Origin: a virus
Taxonomy: Duplodnaviria > Caudoviricetes
DNA: 64,000 nt
Reading direction: 5' to 3' (one strand)
Virus record (IMG/VR): IMGVR_UViG_3300013414_000053
Coordinates: 25,685-89,684 of that record
Shown: positions 9,925-20,100 of the stretch, piece by piece
Numbering within the stretch: position 1 is the first letter of the stretch
Layout: every line of letters starts with the position of its first letter
Notes under the pieces: generated by a model
Databases searched by the model: none
What the model was told of the DNA's origin: nothing
Seen by the model: only the letters and a program-made list of their open reading frames with translations
Program-made: the position numbers and the translations under genes

Positions 9925-10425
9925 ATGGCAGCAACAATCAATAATGTAGCATACAGTTGGTCAATGATTCAGCTTCAGACCAACCTCGATGGTGAGAGTG
10001 CTCAGAACCCGATTTTCGTTGATTGTACCGCTATCAAGTGGGACACCAAACGTAAAATCGAGTCTATCTACGGACTCGGTGGCCAGCCTCGCAAGCGTGG
10101 TTTCGGTAATGTGACCTATGAGGCAAGTATCACTCTGCCTTACGGCACACAGATTGACCTTCGTGACCGTTCAACTGACGGTACGCTTCTGGGTCTTGGT
10201 GAGTTCAACCTCATCATCTCTTGGGTCAACGACGTGGCCGCAAACATCACTACCGAAACCGTAACTCTCGCAGGATGTATTCTTGCAGAAGGTGGTATGG
10301 ATGCCAGCCAGGACGATACTTCTCTGTCAAGAGAGTTCGATCTGCACCCGCACCGCATCTACACCGGCAAGGTTCAAAGCAACGCAAACATGAGCTGGTC
10401 TCACGAGCTTTACGGCGGCGCGTAA
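9925..10425 (+). CDS. Tail tube protein
   Basis: YSWSMIQL...YGLGGQPRKRGFGNVTYEASITL typical of Bacteroidota myophage tubes. Confidence 0.85.
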   Translation: MAATINNVAYSWSMIQLQTNLDGESAQNPIFVDCTAIKWDTKRKIESIYGLGGQPRKRGFGNVTYEASITLPYGTQIDLRDRSTDGTLLGLGEFNLIISWVNDVAANITTETVTLAGCILAEGGMDASQDDTSLSREFDLHPHRIYTGKVQSNANMSWSHELYGGA

Positions 10426-10452
10426 TCGGTTTTCTTGTTATACTTTCAGTTG

Positions 10453-10482
10453 GAGAGAGCAGTCGGAAACGGTTGCTCTCTC
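10453..10482 (+). terminator. Intrinsic terminator
   Basis: gagagagca-gtcggaaacggt-tgctctctc then T-rich tail. Confidence 0.75.
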
Positions 10483-10500
10483 ATATTTTTTTTGAAGATG

Positions 10501-10508
10501 AACTATTA
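10501..10508 (+). promoter_or_regulatory. NACTATTA candidate late promoter element (chaperone)
   Basis: AACTATTA after terminator, upstream of ATG 10574. Confidence 0.5.
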
Positions 10509-10573
10509 TATATTGACGACTGACAAAACTCGTCAAACTGATAACATTTAACAATTAAACCAAATAACCAACA

Positions 10574-10993
10574 ATGGCAAAAGAAAAGAAAACAGCAGAT
10601 GCTGTAGCTGAGGCTCAGGCTGCTCCCGCAATCGAGTTCGTAGGTAACGTGAATGTACCTCTCGAAATCCGTGAAGAAATCGTCAAGAAGGCCGAAGCTC
10701 TGAAGGCCGAGCATAAGCTCCGCAAGATCTTTATCATCGTTGTCGAAGGCGAAGAAGGTGATGACAAACCTTTCTACATCGCTTACATGCGCCGCCCCAG
10801 CCTCATGCACTTCAGCCAGTATATGAATTTCGCCCAGAAGGACGTGATTCAGGCAAACAAGATGCTCGCAACAAACGTGTTCCTCGCCGGCGACCGCGAA
10901 CTGGTCGATGATGATGAACTCTTCCTCTACGGTGCGATGAACCAGCTCACCTCGCTCATTGAGGCCCGCAATGCCGAAATGGTAAAAAAATAG
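10574..10993 (+). CDS. Tail assembly chaperone
   Basis: 139 aa after tube; ends GTA AAA AAA TAG (slippery heptamer). Confidence 0.8.
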   Translation: MAKEKKTADAVAEAQAAPAIEFVGNVNVPLEIREEIVKKAEALKAEHKLRKIFIIVVEGEEGDDKPFYIAYMRRPSLMHFSQYMNFAQKDVIQANKMLATNVFLAGDRELVDDDELFLYGAMNQLTSLIEARNAEMVKK

Positions 10994-11193
10994 AGCGTTG
11001 TCGAATAGACAAAGAGGATGTTTACAGACAACGCTATGCACTGATGGCTTACTACTATCCTCATTTGGACTTAGACAACATGACAGACGATGATTTTGCC
11101 TTTTGGTCAGAAAATGCCTACTGGGTACATTCTCAGATGCTCATGGTTCAACAAGCCAATACGGTAGGTATGCTGACAGGAGGTGCAAAATAA
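10990..11193 (+). CDS. -1 frameshift extension of tail assembly chaperone (G-T-like product)
   Basis: A AAA AAA at 10984-10990; -1 frame open for 67 codons: IERCRIDKEDVYRQRYALMAYYYPHLDLDNMTDDDFAFWSENAYW...GGAK*. Confidence 0.8.
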   Translation: MERCRIDKEDVYRQRYALMAYYYPHLDLDNMTDDDFAFWSENAYWVHSQMLMVQQANTVGMLTGGAK

Positions 11194-11199
11194 TTCAGG

Positions 11200-11230
11200 A
11201 TAGGAGCTTAACGGCTCCTATTCTTGTTTT
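11200..11230 (+). terminator. Intrinsic terminator
   Basis: ataggagc-ttaacg-gctcctat then T-rich tail. Confidence 0.75.
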
Positions 11231-11232
11231 TG

Positions 11233-11240
11233 GACTATTA
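11233..11240 (+). promoter_or_regulatory. NACTATTA candidate late promoter element (second sheath)
   Basis: GACTATTA 15 nt before ATG 11256. Confidence 0.55.
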
Positions 11241-11255
11241 TTATAAAAAGACAGA

Positions 11256-12539
11256 ATGGCACAACTCAGTTATATAAATACTGGGGTTAAGCAAACCCCA
11301 GACTTAACTTTCAATATCCCGACAGATGAGAGTGTCGGAGCCTTTTTATTTGACACAAGTGGGTTTGATAAGCCGTTTGAGTCATTCCCACTGTTGTATC
11401 ACAATTTCAAAGATGGCCAGATTCAGTGTATCAAAAATATGGATGATGCACTATTGCTTGGTATAACTAATGATGGTTTTCTCAATGGATTGATATACTA
11501 TCATTTATCTCAATTCTTTGATTTTATTGGAGAGAACCAAGCTGTATATATTGCCATTGCTGATTGTACTAAGGACTGGGATGTGATACAGTATATTCAG
11601 CAGCAGGCCAGCGGGCGAATATTTCATATTGGAGTTTGGACTTCTCAACCTATCTGGAATAAGAAAACCGATGGGTCAATGGGGTTTACCTCGCTCATAA
11701 CCGACCTTCAGGCACAAGCTGATGAAATCAATGGTAAAATCGGAGTGTCAACTCATACGATGGTGCCTCTGCATATAATGTTATGCGGAAATACGAATTA
11801 TATTGGAGGCGATCAAATCCATTATAAGAAATTGCCTAACGCTATTGAATTGAATTGCCCTAAGGTTTCCGTAGCTTTAGTACAAAACGGCTCTCAGGAA
11901 GTGCGCCAGATGCAGGGCAACAATCCTCTTCAGGCCCCAGTTTCTTCTTTGGGATTGATAATGGCTTGTCTGGCTTTATGTGGAGCTGAAGAAAGTATTG
12001 CATCTCTGGAAAAATGTGATTTGAACAAAAATGAGGGATTCAATAATCCGGAATGGGGCGTAGGTAGTACCGGTACTCCAATGAGTAGCGTACACCGTGT
12101 ATGGGCCAATACTATCTCTTCACGAGGCTACATCATTCCAGTTGATTATGAAGGGTTGGAAGCCTCATACTTTCTTAGCAGTGACCAGACTTTGTGTGAA
12201 GGTGACTTCAACAATATAGCCAACAATCGTGTAATGCACAAATGTCGCCGGGCAATGTGTACAGCTCTTATTCCCTATGTAAACAGCAATCATATTTATG
12301 TTCCCGGCACCCATAATATCAGCGCAACATCAATCACTATTATCACAGATTCTATCAACACACTTTTGGATTCCGTGATGAGAAATAAGCAAGGTCAAAA
12401 TCAGATTAATGGTCGAGTAGTAACATTCTTGGAAAATGATGAGCTTCTGGAGAATGACTCTATTTCACTGAGACTGGAAATCGGGCCGGTAAACTATAGT
12501 GGTTTCTTGTCAGAAGAAGTTTCGCACGATATAGATTAA
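11256..12539 (+). CDS. Second tail sheath-like paralogue
   Basis: IFHIGVWTS and YFLSSDQTLCEGDFNNIANNRVMHKCRR align with motifs of 8521..9891. Confidence 0.8.
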   Translation: MAQLSYINTGVKQTPDLTFNIPTDESVGAFLFDTSGFDKPFESFPLLYHNFKDGQIQCIKNMDDALLLGITNDGFLNGLIYYHLSQFFDFIGENQAVYIAIADCTKDWDVIQYIQQQASGRIFHIGVWTSQPIWNKKTDGSMGFTSLITDLQAQADEINGKIGVSTHTMVPLHIMLCGNTNYIGGDQIHYKKLPNAIELNCPKVSVALVQNGSQEVRQMQGNNPLQAPVSSLGLIMACLALCGAEESIASLEKCDLNKNEGFNNPEWGVGSTGTPMSSVHRVWANTISSRGYIIPVDYEGLEASYFLSSDQTLCEGDFNNIANNRVMHKCRRAMCTALIPYVNSNHIYVPGTHNISATSITIITDSINTLLDSVMRNKQGQNQINGRVVTFLENDELLENDSISLRLEIGPVNYSGFLSEEVSHDID

Positions 12540-12574
12540 GATTTTTAAGGTTCAAGCGTATCAAAGAACCACAT

Positions 12575-12608
12575 GCCCCAGGCCGTAAATGGCTTGGGGC
12601 TTCTCTTT
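12575..12608 (+). terminator. Intrinsic terminator
   Basis: gccccaggcc-gtaaat-ggcttggggc then ttctcttt. Confidence 0.75.
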
Positions 12609-12616
12609 GACTATTA
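12609..12616 (+). promoter_or_regulatory. NACTATTA candidate late promoter element (tape measure)
   Basis: GACTATTA directly after terminator, 31 nt before ATG 12648. Confidence 0.55.
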
Positions 12617-12647
12617 ATAGGTAGCAAATCATTTAGCATTACTACCA

Positions 12648-15600
12648 ATGGCAGATTATAAAGATTACATCGTCAGGTATGACATTATTGCTGATGTAAC
12701 CAAGGCCGCCGAGGGACTTCAATCCATTGCGAACATCGCAAAGGAATTTGAAGGTCCAATGAACACGCTTAAAACAGCGATCACTCAGGTTAGCCAGTCG
12801 GTATATCAGCTCAAACAGAACTCGCAAATGACATTTGCTCCTAAGATTGATGTAGGGGCATTTAATAATCAGTTGCGAGCAATGGTGACACAAGTTAGAA
12901 GTGCCGCCGCCGAAATGCACTCTGCAATCTTTCAAGCTCTTTCTGGTAACTCAACTGCAACCCAAACCGTTCAAAAAGGTATCAGTTCTGCTCTAAATTC
13001 TCCAAGAACAGTTGCAGCAATAAAGAAGGATATTGAAAGCTATAACAGAGAGTTAGATAAACTCTTAGGTACACCCAAAAAAAATAAAAAGGGCGATACC
13101 ATAAGAAATCGTGATGGCTTGATTCAAATGACTAAAAATGGATTGGCAAAAGCCAGTGTGCATGATCAAGCCATATTCCAGGAAAAATTAATGAAACTGG
13201 AAACTCAGAAAAGAGCTATCCAAAACATCATTCAGCAACGCAAGGCTGAACTTGCAATGGCTGAAAAACTTGAAAAGGAGGTAGCGGCACAGCAGGCAAA
13301 AACGACAAAAGCACAGTCATCTGCTATTACTGCCACTTCCCATGCCTCCGCACCTCAGCCAGCCAAACTCACCAATGTAACTCCAGCAGTTATTAGAGAG
13401 TGGAAGAAAGCTTTTGGCGATGCAAAAAATAAATCTCTGACAGTCAATATCCGTGGAAACGCTTCAGGTACCAATGGTGCATTGACTGTGATTGAACAAA
13501 TTCAGACTTCATTAAAAGCTTTACAGTCGCAAGCATCCTTCAATATCAATCCGGTATTGAACACTGAAGGCTTTGCTGCTGCTGAAGCTCAACTGCGTCA
13601 GCTCGCAAGTTTAAGTGCTGCCGTTGTTGCTCCCTTCACTTCAAAAGATACAAAGGCTAAAGGGAAGCCCGGCAATGTGGTTTCTACTCTTACTAAAGAA
13701 GAAAAAAACAGATTAGCGGACGCTCGTAAGCAAATCAAGACTTGGAATGATAAAATCACCCCCATTCAGCAACGTCTTGATGCTAACAGAGCTATTCCCG
13801 AAGAGCAGAGGACACCTGCTATTAAAGGGCAAATAACTCGTGATGTAAAGACATTAGCCACTTATCAGGCAAATAGGGCTGAACAAGAAAATATTGTTCG
13901 CAATTTGCAAGGCAGATCTGTCGCAGCAGTTCAGTCAACAGCCAGAGCGATTAAGCCATTGGCTCTTGATATAGTAGGTAATCTGTCAAAGATTAATGTA
14001 ACAGCTAAACCGCCTGTCATTCCTGTTGTTGGTGAAATAACCAAACTGGAAGGTAAGGTTACAGAAGCTATACCGGTCAATGTAAAAATAATGTCAGACC
14101 AGGTTGCAGCTTCTGTCAGGTCAATTACACCCAGACCGGTTCTGGATGTACAGGTTCATCTTGTCACAGATCAGGCAAAGCAACAGTTACAAACTCTTGC
14201 TTCACAAACTAAACCTATTCAGAAGCCAGTAACTAAATCTGCATCTGGCTCCAAGACAACTGCAACAACTCCTGTTTCATCTACAACTCCTGCTGCAATC
14301 TCTCCTACTGCCAAAACTAAAAAGGCATCTTCAAAAGCAGCTGTGACCAGTGTAGTTGATACAAAAGACGTTATACGTCAGATTCAAGAAATTCCACGTC
14401 AGACTATTCCAGTTGCTGTGAAGTTGATGTGGGAACGTGGTGTTATCGGAAAACAAGAGCAACTAAAAAAAATGGCTGGCACCATCCCGCCTATAAAACT
14501 GTCTCTTGATTCTTCGATTGCTCTTGTTCAACTTGAAGAGTTCATTGCCAAAATTAAAGCTGCAAGTCCACAAAACATAAAGCTGACAGCCACTGGTGTA
14601 CCGGCAGCTCCTTCCGCAACTACACCCGCTTCCGCTTCAAAACCTGCTGTTGTACCTCAGTCAAAACAACAGACTGTAACTTCAGCAACTAAGAAAACTC
14701 CTGTTGTCGATTCTACCAAGAAACTGAATCAACCTAAAATTCCACCAGTTTCTTTAACTCTTGATACAACTGGAGCTGTAGCTGCTTTGGAAGAGTTTAT
14801 CGCTAAGGTAAGAGCTGCAAGTCCACAAAACATAAAGCTGACAGCCACTGGTGTACCGGCTAACACTCCTACTCAGACAACAGCTGCACAGCAAACACCA
14901 GTTGCTTCAACAACTCCGGCTACCTCTATTGTGCCCCCTATTACTACCGGCGGTTCAACTCAGAAAGGAAAAAAACAAGCTGGTCACACCGGTCATCAAC
15001 CCCTTACTGTTCAAGAACGCTACGATAGGCAAAGACAGCAATCTGAAGAAAGAGCGCGTAAGCAAAGAGGTGATAATAGATTTAGAGCTGCAAAACATCA
15101 GGAATATATCTCACAGCAGCAAGCATGGCATGCTCAACAGCAATCCATGTATAATCATCTTTTCCGAAATATTCCGAGAGATGCAAAGCCTGATGTGAAT
15201 TGGGCTCAACGTGAACAAGCAAAACGCAATGCTGAATTAGCTCGCATGAGAGCAGATGCTACAGCCGCATTTGCAACTCCCACCCCTTATGAGACAAAGG
15301 AACGAGCCAATGCCGTAGCCAAAAGCATAAATCGACATCAACAACAGGCAACCAGATTAAGGGCACAAGCTTATAATTCAATGCTTCCATTTGCTCAGAA
15401 TAAAGAGCAAGTGAATATGCTGACTAAGCATCGCAAGTTCTTCCGTCAAGCGGTTGCCACTACTGGCATTGTGCCTACTCCCGGCATGGAAGCCCCTCAG
15501 ATGCTGAAATACTTGCAGGGTGTTTCGTCTCAAGTGCAGCAGGCAAGTGTTGCTGTTCCCTGGCAGTTGCAAAGCCAAATCAACAAACTGGAAGGTCAGA

Positions 15601-18600
15601 TAGCTAAGAGTGAGGGTATTGGAGAATCTTCACCTTCTCGTAGTTCGATGGCCCCTATGCCTGTTAGACAGAAGCCTTTTTTTGATCGTACACGTAAATG
15701 GGCATATCCCTTTACCGGGCAAACATCTTTCGGTGTTCGCACACCTATGGCTGTTGATATGGCAAAGGGTATGGGCGTTATGTTTGCGATTGGGGGTGCC
15801 ATGTCTGCTATCGGCAGCTCCTTTAGTCAAGCTATGGAGTACCAAAACACTATGCGCACTACCCAAGCCATACTTCAGAATGGTACTGATTCTTATAGTC
15901 AGAACGCCTTCAAAAATATGGAGGGTACTGTGCGTAATGTTGGTGTCAAAACTAAATTCTCTGCCCCTGAAGTAGCAAGCGCAGCACGATTCCTTGCAAT
16001 GGCAGGCTATGACATTGATGCTATCAACGATGCTATCAGACCTATTGCTGACTTAGCTCTTATTGGCGATTCCGATTTAGGAGAGACCGCCGATAAGATG
16101 ACTAACATTATGACCACGTTCCAGATTGCGCCGGAGCGTATGCGTGAAACCGCAAATATTATGGCAACAACTGCAACAAGGTCAAATACAGACCTGATGA
16201 TGCTGGCTGAATCTGCTAAATATGGTGGTGGCGTAGCTAATATGTATGGGCGTAATGATCCCAATCTCTTTGCTGATACAATGGCTTTGTTTGGTGTCAT
16301 GGGTAATGCCGGTATTCAGGCATCATCTGCCGGTACTGCATTGCGTATGATGTATCAGAACTTATTCAAGCCGAATAAGAATCAGCAGAAGGTTCTCGAT
16401 ATGATGAAGCAGAGCTATGGAATTGCCACTTTGAAAGAAGATGGTAGCTACAGAGCTATGTCTGACATCTTGATTGAGATGGCGCAGCGCATACCTGAGA
16501 ATCAGATGGCTCAGATTGTAGGTAATCTTTTCCGTATTACTGCACAGCCAGGCGCGGCTGCAACATTGTTGGCAGCTGCCGGAGGTGATAAAGGAATAGC
16601 TGAAGAAATTGGCAGCGGCATTGAGATGATGTCTAACAAGATGAGCAGCAAGGCTGGTATGAGTTCGCTTGTCTCTCTAATGTTGGCTAACCGAAATTCT
16701 GTCAACGGCAATATTTCAGGTGCTATTGCTGAAGAAAAACAGAATACCATTACAGGTTTATGGGCGCAGGTAACTTCAACATTTACTGAAGGTATCGTTC
16801 AGGCATTTGAAAATCGTCAAGGTGGCTTTGAGGGTATGCTCAAAAAGCTCAGGGATTACCTTGCAAAACCTGAAACTATACAAATGATGCAGAACCTTCT
16901 CGATTTGATTATCGAAATCGGTAAGGTTATGGCTTGGTTTGTTAAGATTTGGGCCTCGCTTTACAATGCTGCTCCTGGTCTTATCGAATTCTGGATTACA
17001 TTCCAAATGGGCATTACTCAGATGGGTACTCTAATTGCTCCTATTATATCACTGATAGGTGTATTTGACCGTCTGAAGGGTTCAATTATGGCTCTGGCTG
17101 GCATTTCTGCTGTCGGAGGATCAGCTGTGACACGCAATGTGGCCGGTAGTGTGGCTGCCGGTACAGCAGCTAATGCTGCAATAGCGAACACGCCATTCAT
17201 AGTTGGTTCTGGTAAATTCGGCACTAATAAGGTTATTCGTGGTAATATTGCTACCAGAGCGCATAATGCTATGGCTGCAAATGCTATCCTTGCCGGAGAG
17301 CTTGCACTAAGTGGCGCCAATAAGCAGACCACACTGGCCGCTCTCAATAAAGAGACACGTCAGCATTATGCTGCTGTTCGTGAACGTGCTGCAAGAATAT
17401 ATGGGCCATCGAGAGCTGTACGAGCCTTCAAAACAGCTGCCACAACACTGCCGACAATGGCATCTTTGGCTCCTATGTTTGGAGGATTAAAGAGTATGCT
17501 GATGGATCTGTTGACCGGGCTTGCAAAAGCTGCCGGATTCCTTGTTAATCCTGTAACTTTGGCAGTTGGTGCTGTTGCAGGTCTTGGTTATGGTCTTTAT
17601 AAACTCAAACAGCGTATTGACGGTACTACAGAAGCACAGCAAATTGCAGCGCAAAAAGCTAAAGTTGCGGCACAATCAACTGCAAAGGAATTGAATCTTC
17701 AAGGTAAATGGCACAATGAACTTGGTGTTAATCGAATAATTGATGGAACAGTTATTCATGCACCTCAATCCGAAGAAGTACAACAATACTTGAAAGATCA
17801 AGAACGATTCAAACAGAGTTATAATATTCTATGGAATAATCTTGCACAAGATGCGTCTAAGCAGTCCATAAATACGACCGCAAGTGAATGGCGTGGTATT
17901 ATTAAGCAGAATCCTGCATATAAAATTGCTTTTGGCAATAAATACGACGAATATGCTGGTGAGGGCTTGACAAAATGGACCAATAGCAATAAAATGTGGA
18001 ATCACGGTCCTAATGATTTAATCGGAGCTATACATGATATTTGGGTAGAGCAAGATGACCATGCTATTGATCTTCAGAAACGCATGGTACAGGCTTCGTT
18101 AATGATTGAAGGTGCCAATAGTAGTCTTACACAAAAATATGTAAATGATATTATTGCGCTTCGAGAGCGAGTCATTAATAAGGAGATTGACGAACAGGAA
18201 TATCAAAATACAACTCAAGAAATCCTCAATAAGGTAAAAGGATTTTTGCCCGCTAATCGACTGGATGCCACAAATATGACACCAGACGAGTTAAAAAACA
18301 CAAGTAATAGAAGTGTTTATGCCCCCTACCAGGATGCTATCTTTAATGTACTTAATGCGTATATTAGAGGCGACTATGGTACCGATACAGGAGCCTTAAA
18401 CGCATGGCATGACCTTACTAACAGAAATGAAGATGGAAGTCTTGCTAATGGTTTGGTTGAATGGTCTCAACAGTGGTATGCAAAATTAGCAAATGTTGCT
18501 AAAGACATACGTCTCACTGATAGTTTCTTCTCACCAGATGGTACTCATCAGGAAAATATGAAAATCATATTATCAATGATGCCTGATACTGGTAAGTTTG

Positions 18601-19319
18601 ATGCTTCATCAATAGTTGAGCAAGTTCGTCAAAAAATCAATGGTTTCCAGCTTACATTACAGCAGTTCTCTGATATGCTCTCAACAGTATATGATATACT
18701 TAAACAGGCTGGTATTCTTGATGAAAATGACATCAACAGATTCCAATTCATTAGAAATCAACTGATGGGGCAGAAATTTACTTCTAATACAGTTCGTAAA
18801 TATTGGCAGGAAAATATCGGAATTAATAATAATTCTGAATGGATCAAGGCTGGCATTTCTGAAAATGATTACGTTAACTGGATGATGGGGGTAAAAGGCG
18901 CTATGAATGATCTTGACATCAGTAAAAAACTGGGTAGAACAATTACTCGAAGTCAAGAAAATTCTCAAATGGCGACAAATATAGCAAGAAAAGCTGCAAA
19001 TTTGGGAAACAAAAATGCACCTGTAAAAACTCCAACTACCACCACAGAGATCAAAACTCCTACAACACCTCAAACTACTCCTACGCCTACCGTCAAGGAC
19101 CAGCAGGCATACGCCTCTCACTATGATAGAAGTGCAGCCAGACCAACCCAAGTGATATTCAATATCAACAATCTGGCGAGCTTCGATAGAACCACAGTAG
19201 CCTCCAGTGCTGAAGAGCGAGATCTGATGGCTGCGATGGAAGATAAGATAGTCGGGGCGGTTTATCAGATGTTTGCTGAAGCCTCTAATCAAGCTCAAAG
19301 AGTAATGGATCTTACATAA
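12648..19319 (+). CDS. Tail tape measure protein (TP901-like core), 2223 aa
   Basis: KTKFSAPEVASAARFLAMAG, GIQASSAGTALRMMYQNL; follows chaperones. Confidence 0.92.
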   Translation: MADYKDYIVRYDIIADVTKAAEGLQSIANIAKEFEGPMNTLKTAITQVSQSVYQLKQNSQMTFAPKIDVGAFNNQLRAMVTQVRSAAAEMHSAIFQALSGNSTATQTVQKGISSALNSPRTVAAIKKDIESYNRELDKLLGTPKKNKKGDTIRNRDGLIQMTKNGLAKASVHDQAIFQEKLMKLETQKRAIQNIIQQRKAELAMAEKLEKEVAAQQAKTTKAQSSAITATSHASAPQPAKLTNVTPAVIREWKKAFGDAKNKSLTVNIRGNASGTNGALTVIEQIQTSLKALQSQASFNINPVLNTEGFAAAEAQLRQLASLSAAVVAPFTSKDTKAKGKPGNVVSTLTKEEKNRLADARKQIKTWNDKITPIQQRLDANRAIPEEQRTPAIKGQITRDVKTLATYQANRAEQENIVRNLQGRSVAAVQSTARAIKPLALDIVGNLSKINVTAKPPVIPVVGEITKLEGKVTEAIPVNVKIMSDQVAASVRSITPRPVLDVQVHLVTDQAKQQLQTLASQTKPIQKPVTKSASGSKTTATTPVSSTTPAAISPTAKTKKASSKAAVTSVVDTKDVIRQIQEIPRQTIPVAVKLMWERGVIGKQEQLKKMAGTIPPIKLSLDSSIALVQLEEFIAKIKAASPQNIKLTATGVPAAPSATTPASASKPAVVPQSKQQTVTSATKKTPVVDSTKKLNQPKIPPVSLTLDTTGAVAALEEFIAKVRAASPQNIKLTATGVPANTPTQTTAAQQTPVASTTPATSIVPPITTGGSTQKGKKQAGHTGHQPLTVQERYDRQRQQSEERARKQRGDNRFRAAKHQEYISQQQAWHAQQQSMYNHLFRNIPRDAKPDVNWAQREQAKRNAELARMRADATAAFATPTPYETKERANAVAKSINRHQQQATRLRAQAYNSMLPFAQNKEQVNMLTKHRKFFRQAVATTGIVPTPGMEAPQMLKYLQGVSSQVQQASVAVPWQLQSQINKLEGQIAKSEGIGESSPSRSSMAPMPVRQKPFFDRTRKWAYPFTGQTSFGVRTPMAVDMAKGMGVMFAIGGAMSAIGSSFSQAMEYQNTMRTTQAILQNGTDSYSQNAFKNMEGTVRNVGVKTKFSAPEVASAARFLAMAGYDIDAINDAIRPIADLALIGDSDLGETADKMTNIMTTFQIAPERMRETANIMATTATRSNTDLMMLAESAKYGGGVANMYGRNDPNLFADTMALFGVMGNAGIQASSAGTALRMMYQNLFKPNKNQQKVLDMMKQSYGIATLKEDGSYRAMSDILIEMAQRIPENQMAQIVGNLFRITAQPGAAATLLAAAGGDKGIAEEIGSGIEMMSNKMSSKAGMSSLVSLMLANRNSVNGNISGAIAEEKQNTITGLWAQVTSTFTEGIVQAFENRQGGFEGMLKKLRDYLAKPETIQMMQNLLDLIIEIGKVMAWFVKIWASLYNAAPGLIEFWITFQMGITQMGTLIAPIISLIGVFDRLKGSIMALAGISAVGGSAVTRNVAGSVAAGTAANAAIANTPFIVGSGKFGTNKVIRGNIATRAHNAMAANAILAGELALSGANKQTTLAALNKETRQHYAAVRERAARIYGPSRAVRAFKTAATTLPTMASLAPMFGGLKSMLMDLLTGLAKAAGFLVNPVTLAVGAVAGLGYGLYKLKQRIDGTTEAQQIAAQKAKVAAQSTAKELNLQGKWHNELGVNRIIDGTVIHAPQSEEVQQYLKDQERFKQSYNILWNNLAQDASKQSINTTASEWRGIIKQNPAYKIAFGNKYDEYAGEGLTKWTNSNKMWNHGPNDLIGAIHDIWVEQDDHAIDLQKRMVQASLMIEGANSSLTQKYVNDIIALRERVINKEIDEQEYQNTTQEILNKVKGFLPANRLDATNMTPDELKNTSNRSVYAPYQDAIFNVLNAYIRGDYGTDTGALNAWHDLTNRNEDGSLANGLVEWSQQWYAKLANVAKDIRLTDSFFSPDGTHQENMKIILSMMPDTGKFDASSIVEQVRQKINGFQLTLQQFSDMLSTVYDILKQAGILDENDINRFQFIRNQLMGQKFTSNTVRKYWQENIGINNNSEWIKAGISENDYVNWMMGVKGAMNDLDISKKLGRTITRSQENSQMATNIARKAANLGNKNAPVKTPTTTTEIKTPTTPQTTPTPTVKDQQAYASHYDRSAARPTQVIFNINNLASFDRTTVASSAEERDLMAAMEDKIVGAVYQMFAEASNQAQRVMDLT
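14558..14860 (+). repeat. Identical 48-bp direct repeat (14558-14605 and 14813-14860) inside tape measure
   Basis: agctgcaagtccacaaaacataaagctgacagccactggtgtaccggc twice, 255 bp apart. Confidence 0.9.
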
Positions 19320-19323
19320 AATG

Positions 19324-19357
19324 AAATTGCACCGGGGTTGAATCTCCGGTGCAATTT
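19324..19357. terminator. Bidirectional terminator between tape measure and moron 1
   Basis: aaattgcaccgg...ccggtgcaattt between convergent genes. Confidence 0.8.
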
Positions 19358-19924
19358 TTATAATTCATTATAAGGTTCTTGATTATACTGATTATCCAAA
19401 TTTACATCATCATAAGTCAATGTTAATGCAGGTTGATCTCCGACAATATCTAACTGTAAATTTAATGATGTTAAGTTATCAACAAATAAAACACCACTTT
19501 TTTGAGTAGCAGTATCTTCATAAGCTATCAAAGGGTTGTATTTGGATTTCAAAACAGACGATAGTGTATTATAATCTTGATAAAATGATTCCATATCATT
19601 TACAATCTTCACGAACTGTATTTTTCTCACTTTATTTTGATAAGTGATCAAGCTCATGAAATCCCATATTTGATCTCCAAAACGTATAGGATCATTGTAA
19701 ACAAATATATCACGATCTATTTGATTCAGGTTATATCCAAGCTGTTTCATTTGTATCATAGCCGAATCTTTTGAAGTCTCCCCCAATATAACTCCCAACA
19801 CCTCTCGTTTGAGAACGGTATCTTTCTTTACTTCAGTTTGATCTACCGTAGTGGTCTTGCCTTTTTGATTATTACATCCCGTCAGCATGAAAAGGGATAT
19901 GAGAATAATTACTAATTGTCTCAT
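19358..19924 (-). CDS. Lipoprotein moron 1
   Basis: MRQLVIILISLFMLTGC signal and lipobox; AT-rich; opposite to late genes; own promoter. Confidence 0.8.
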   Translation of the reverse strand: MRQLVIILISLFMLTGCNNQKGKTTTVDQTEVKKDTVLKREVLGVILGETSKDSAMIQMKQLGYNLNQIDRDIFVYNDPIRFGDQIWDFMSLITYQNKVRKIQFVKIVNDMESFYQDYNTLSSVLKSKYNPLIAYEDTATQKSGVLFVDNLTSLNLQLDIVGDQPALTLTYDDVNLDNQYNQEPYNEL

Positions 19925-19978
19925 AGTTATTTTGAATTTGATATTATTCACAAATGACATATACTCTTTTTCTTATCT

Positions 19979-20001
19979 GAGGTGGTGATTTCGACGCGAA
20001 T
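19979..20001 (-). repeat. 23-bp leader element shared with 36983-37005
   Basis: gaggtggtgatttcgacgcgaat identical in both moron leaders. Confidence 0.85.
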
Positions 20002-20041
20002 AGGAGTTATGCCACTTTTCACAAGTTTCTGAAAAGTAGTG

Positions 20042-20073
20042 CAAAATTACTCAAAATTTACCAATCCACCAAA
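20042..20073 (-). promoter_or_regulatory. Bacteroidota housekeeping promoter for moron 1
   Basis: Minus strand TTTG (20073-20070), 20-nt spacer, TAATTTTG (20049-20042). Confidence 0.75.
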
Positions 20074-20086
20074 TTCATCGCTCCAG

Positions 20087-20094
20087 CACTATTA
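20087..20094 (+). promoter_or_regulatory. NACTATTA candidate late promoter element (baseplate cluster)
   Basis: CACTATTA 6 nt before ATG 20101, where late transcription must restart after the moron. Confidence 0.5.
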
Positions 20095-20100
20095 TAAGAT

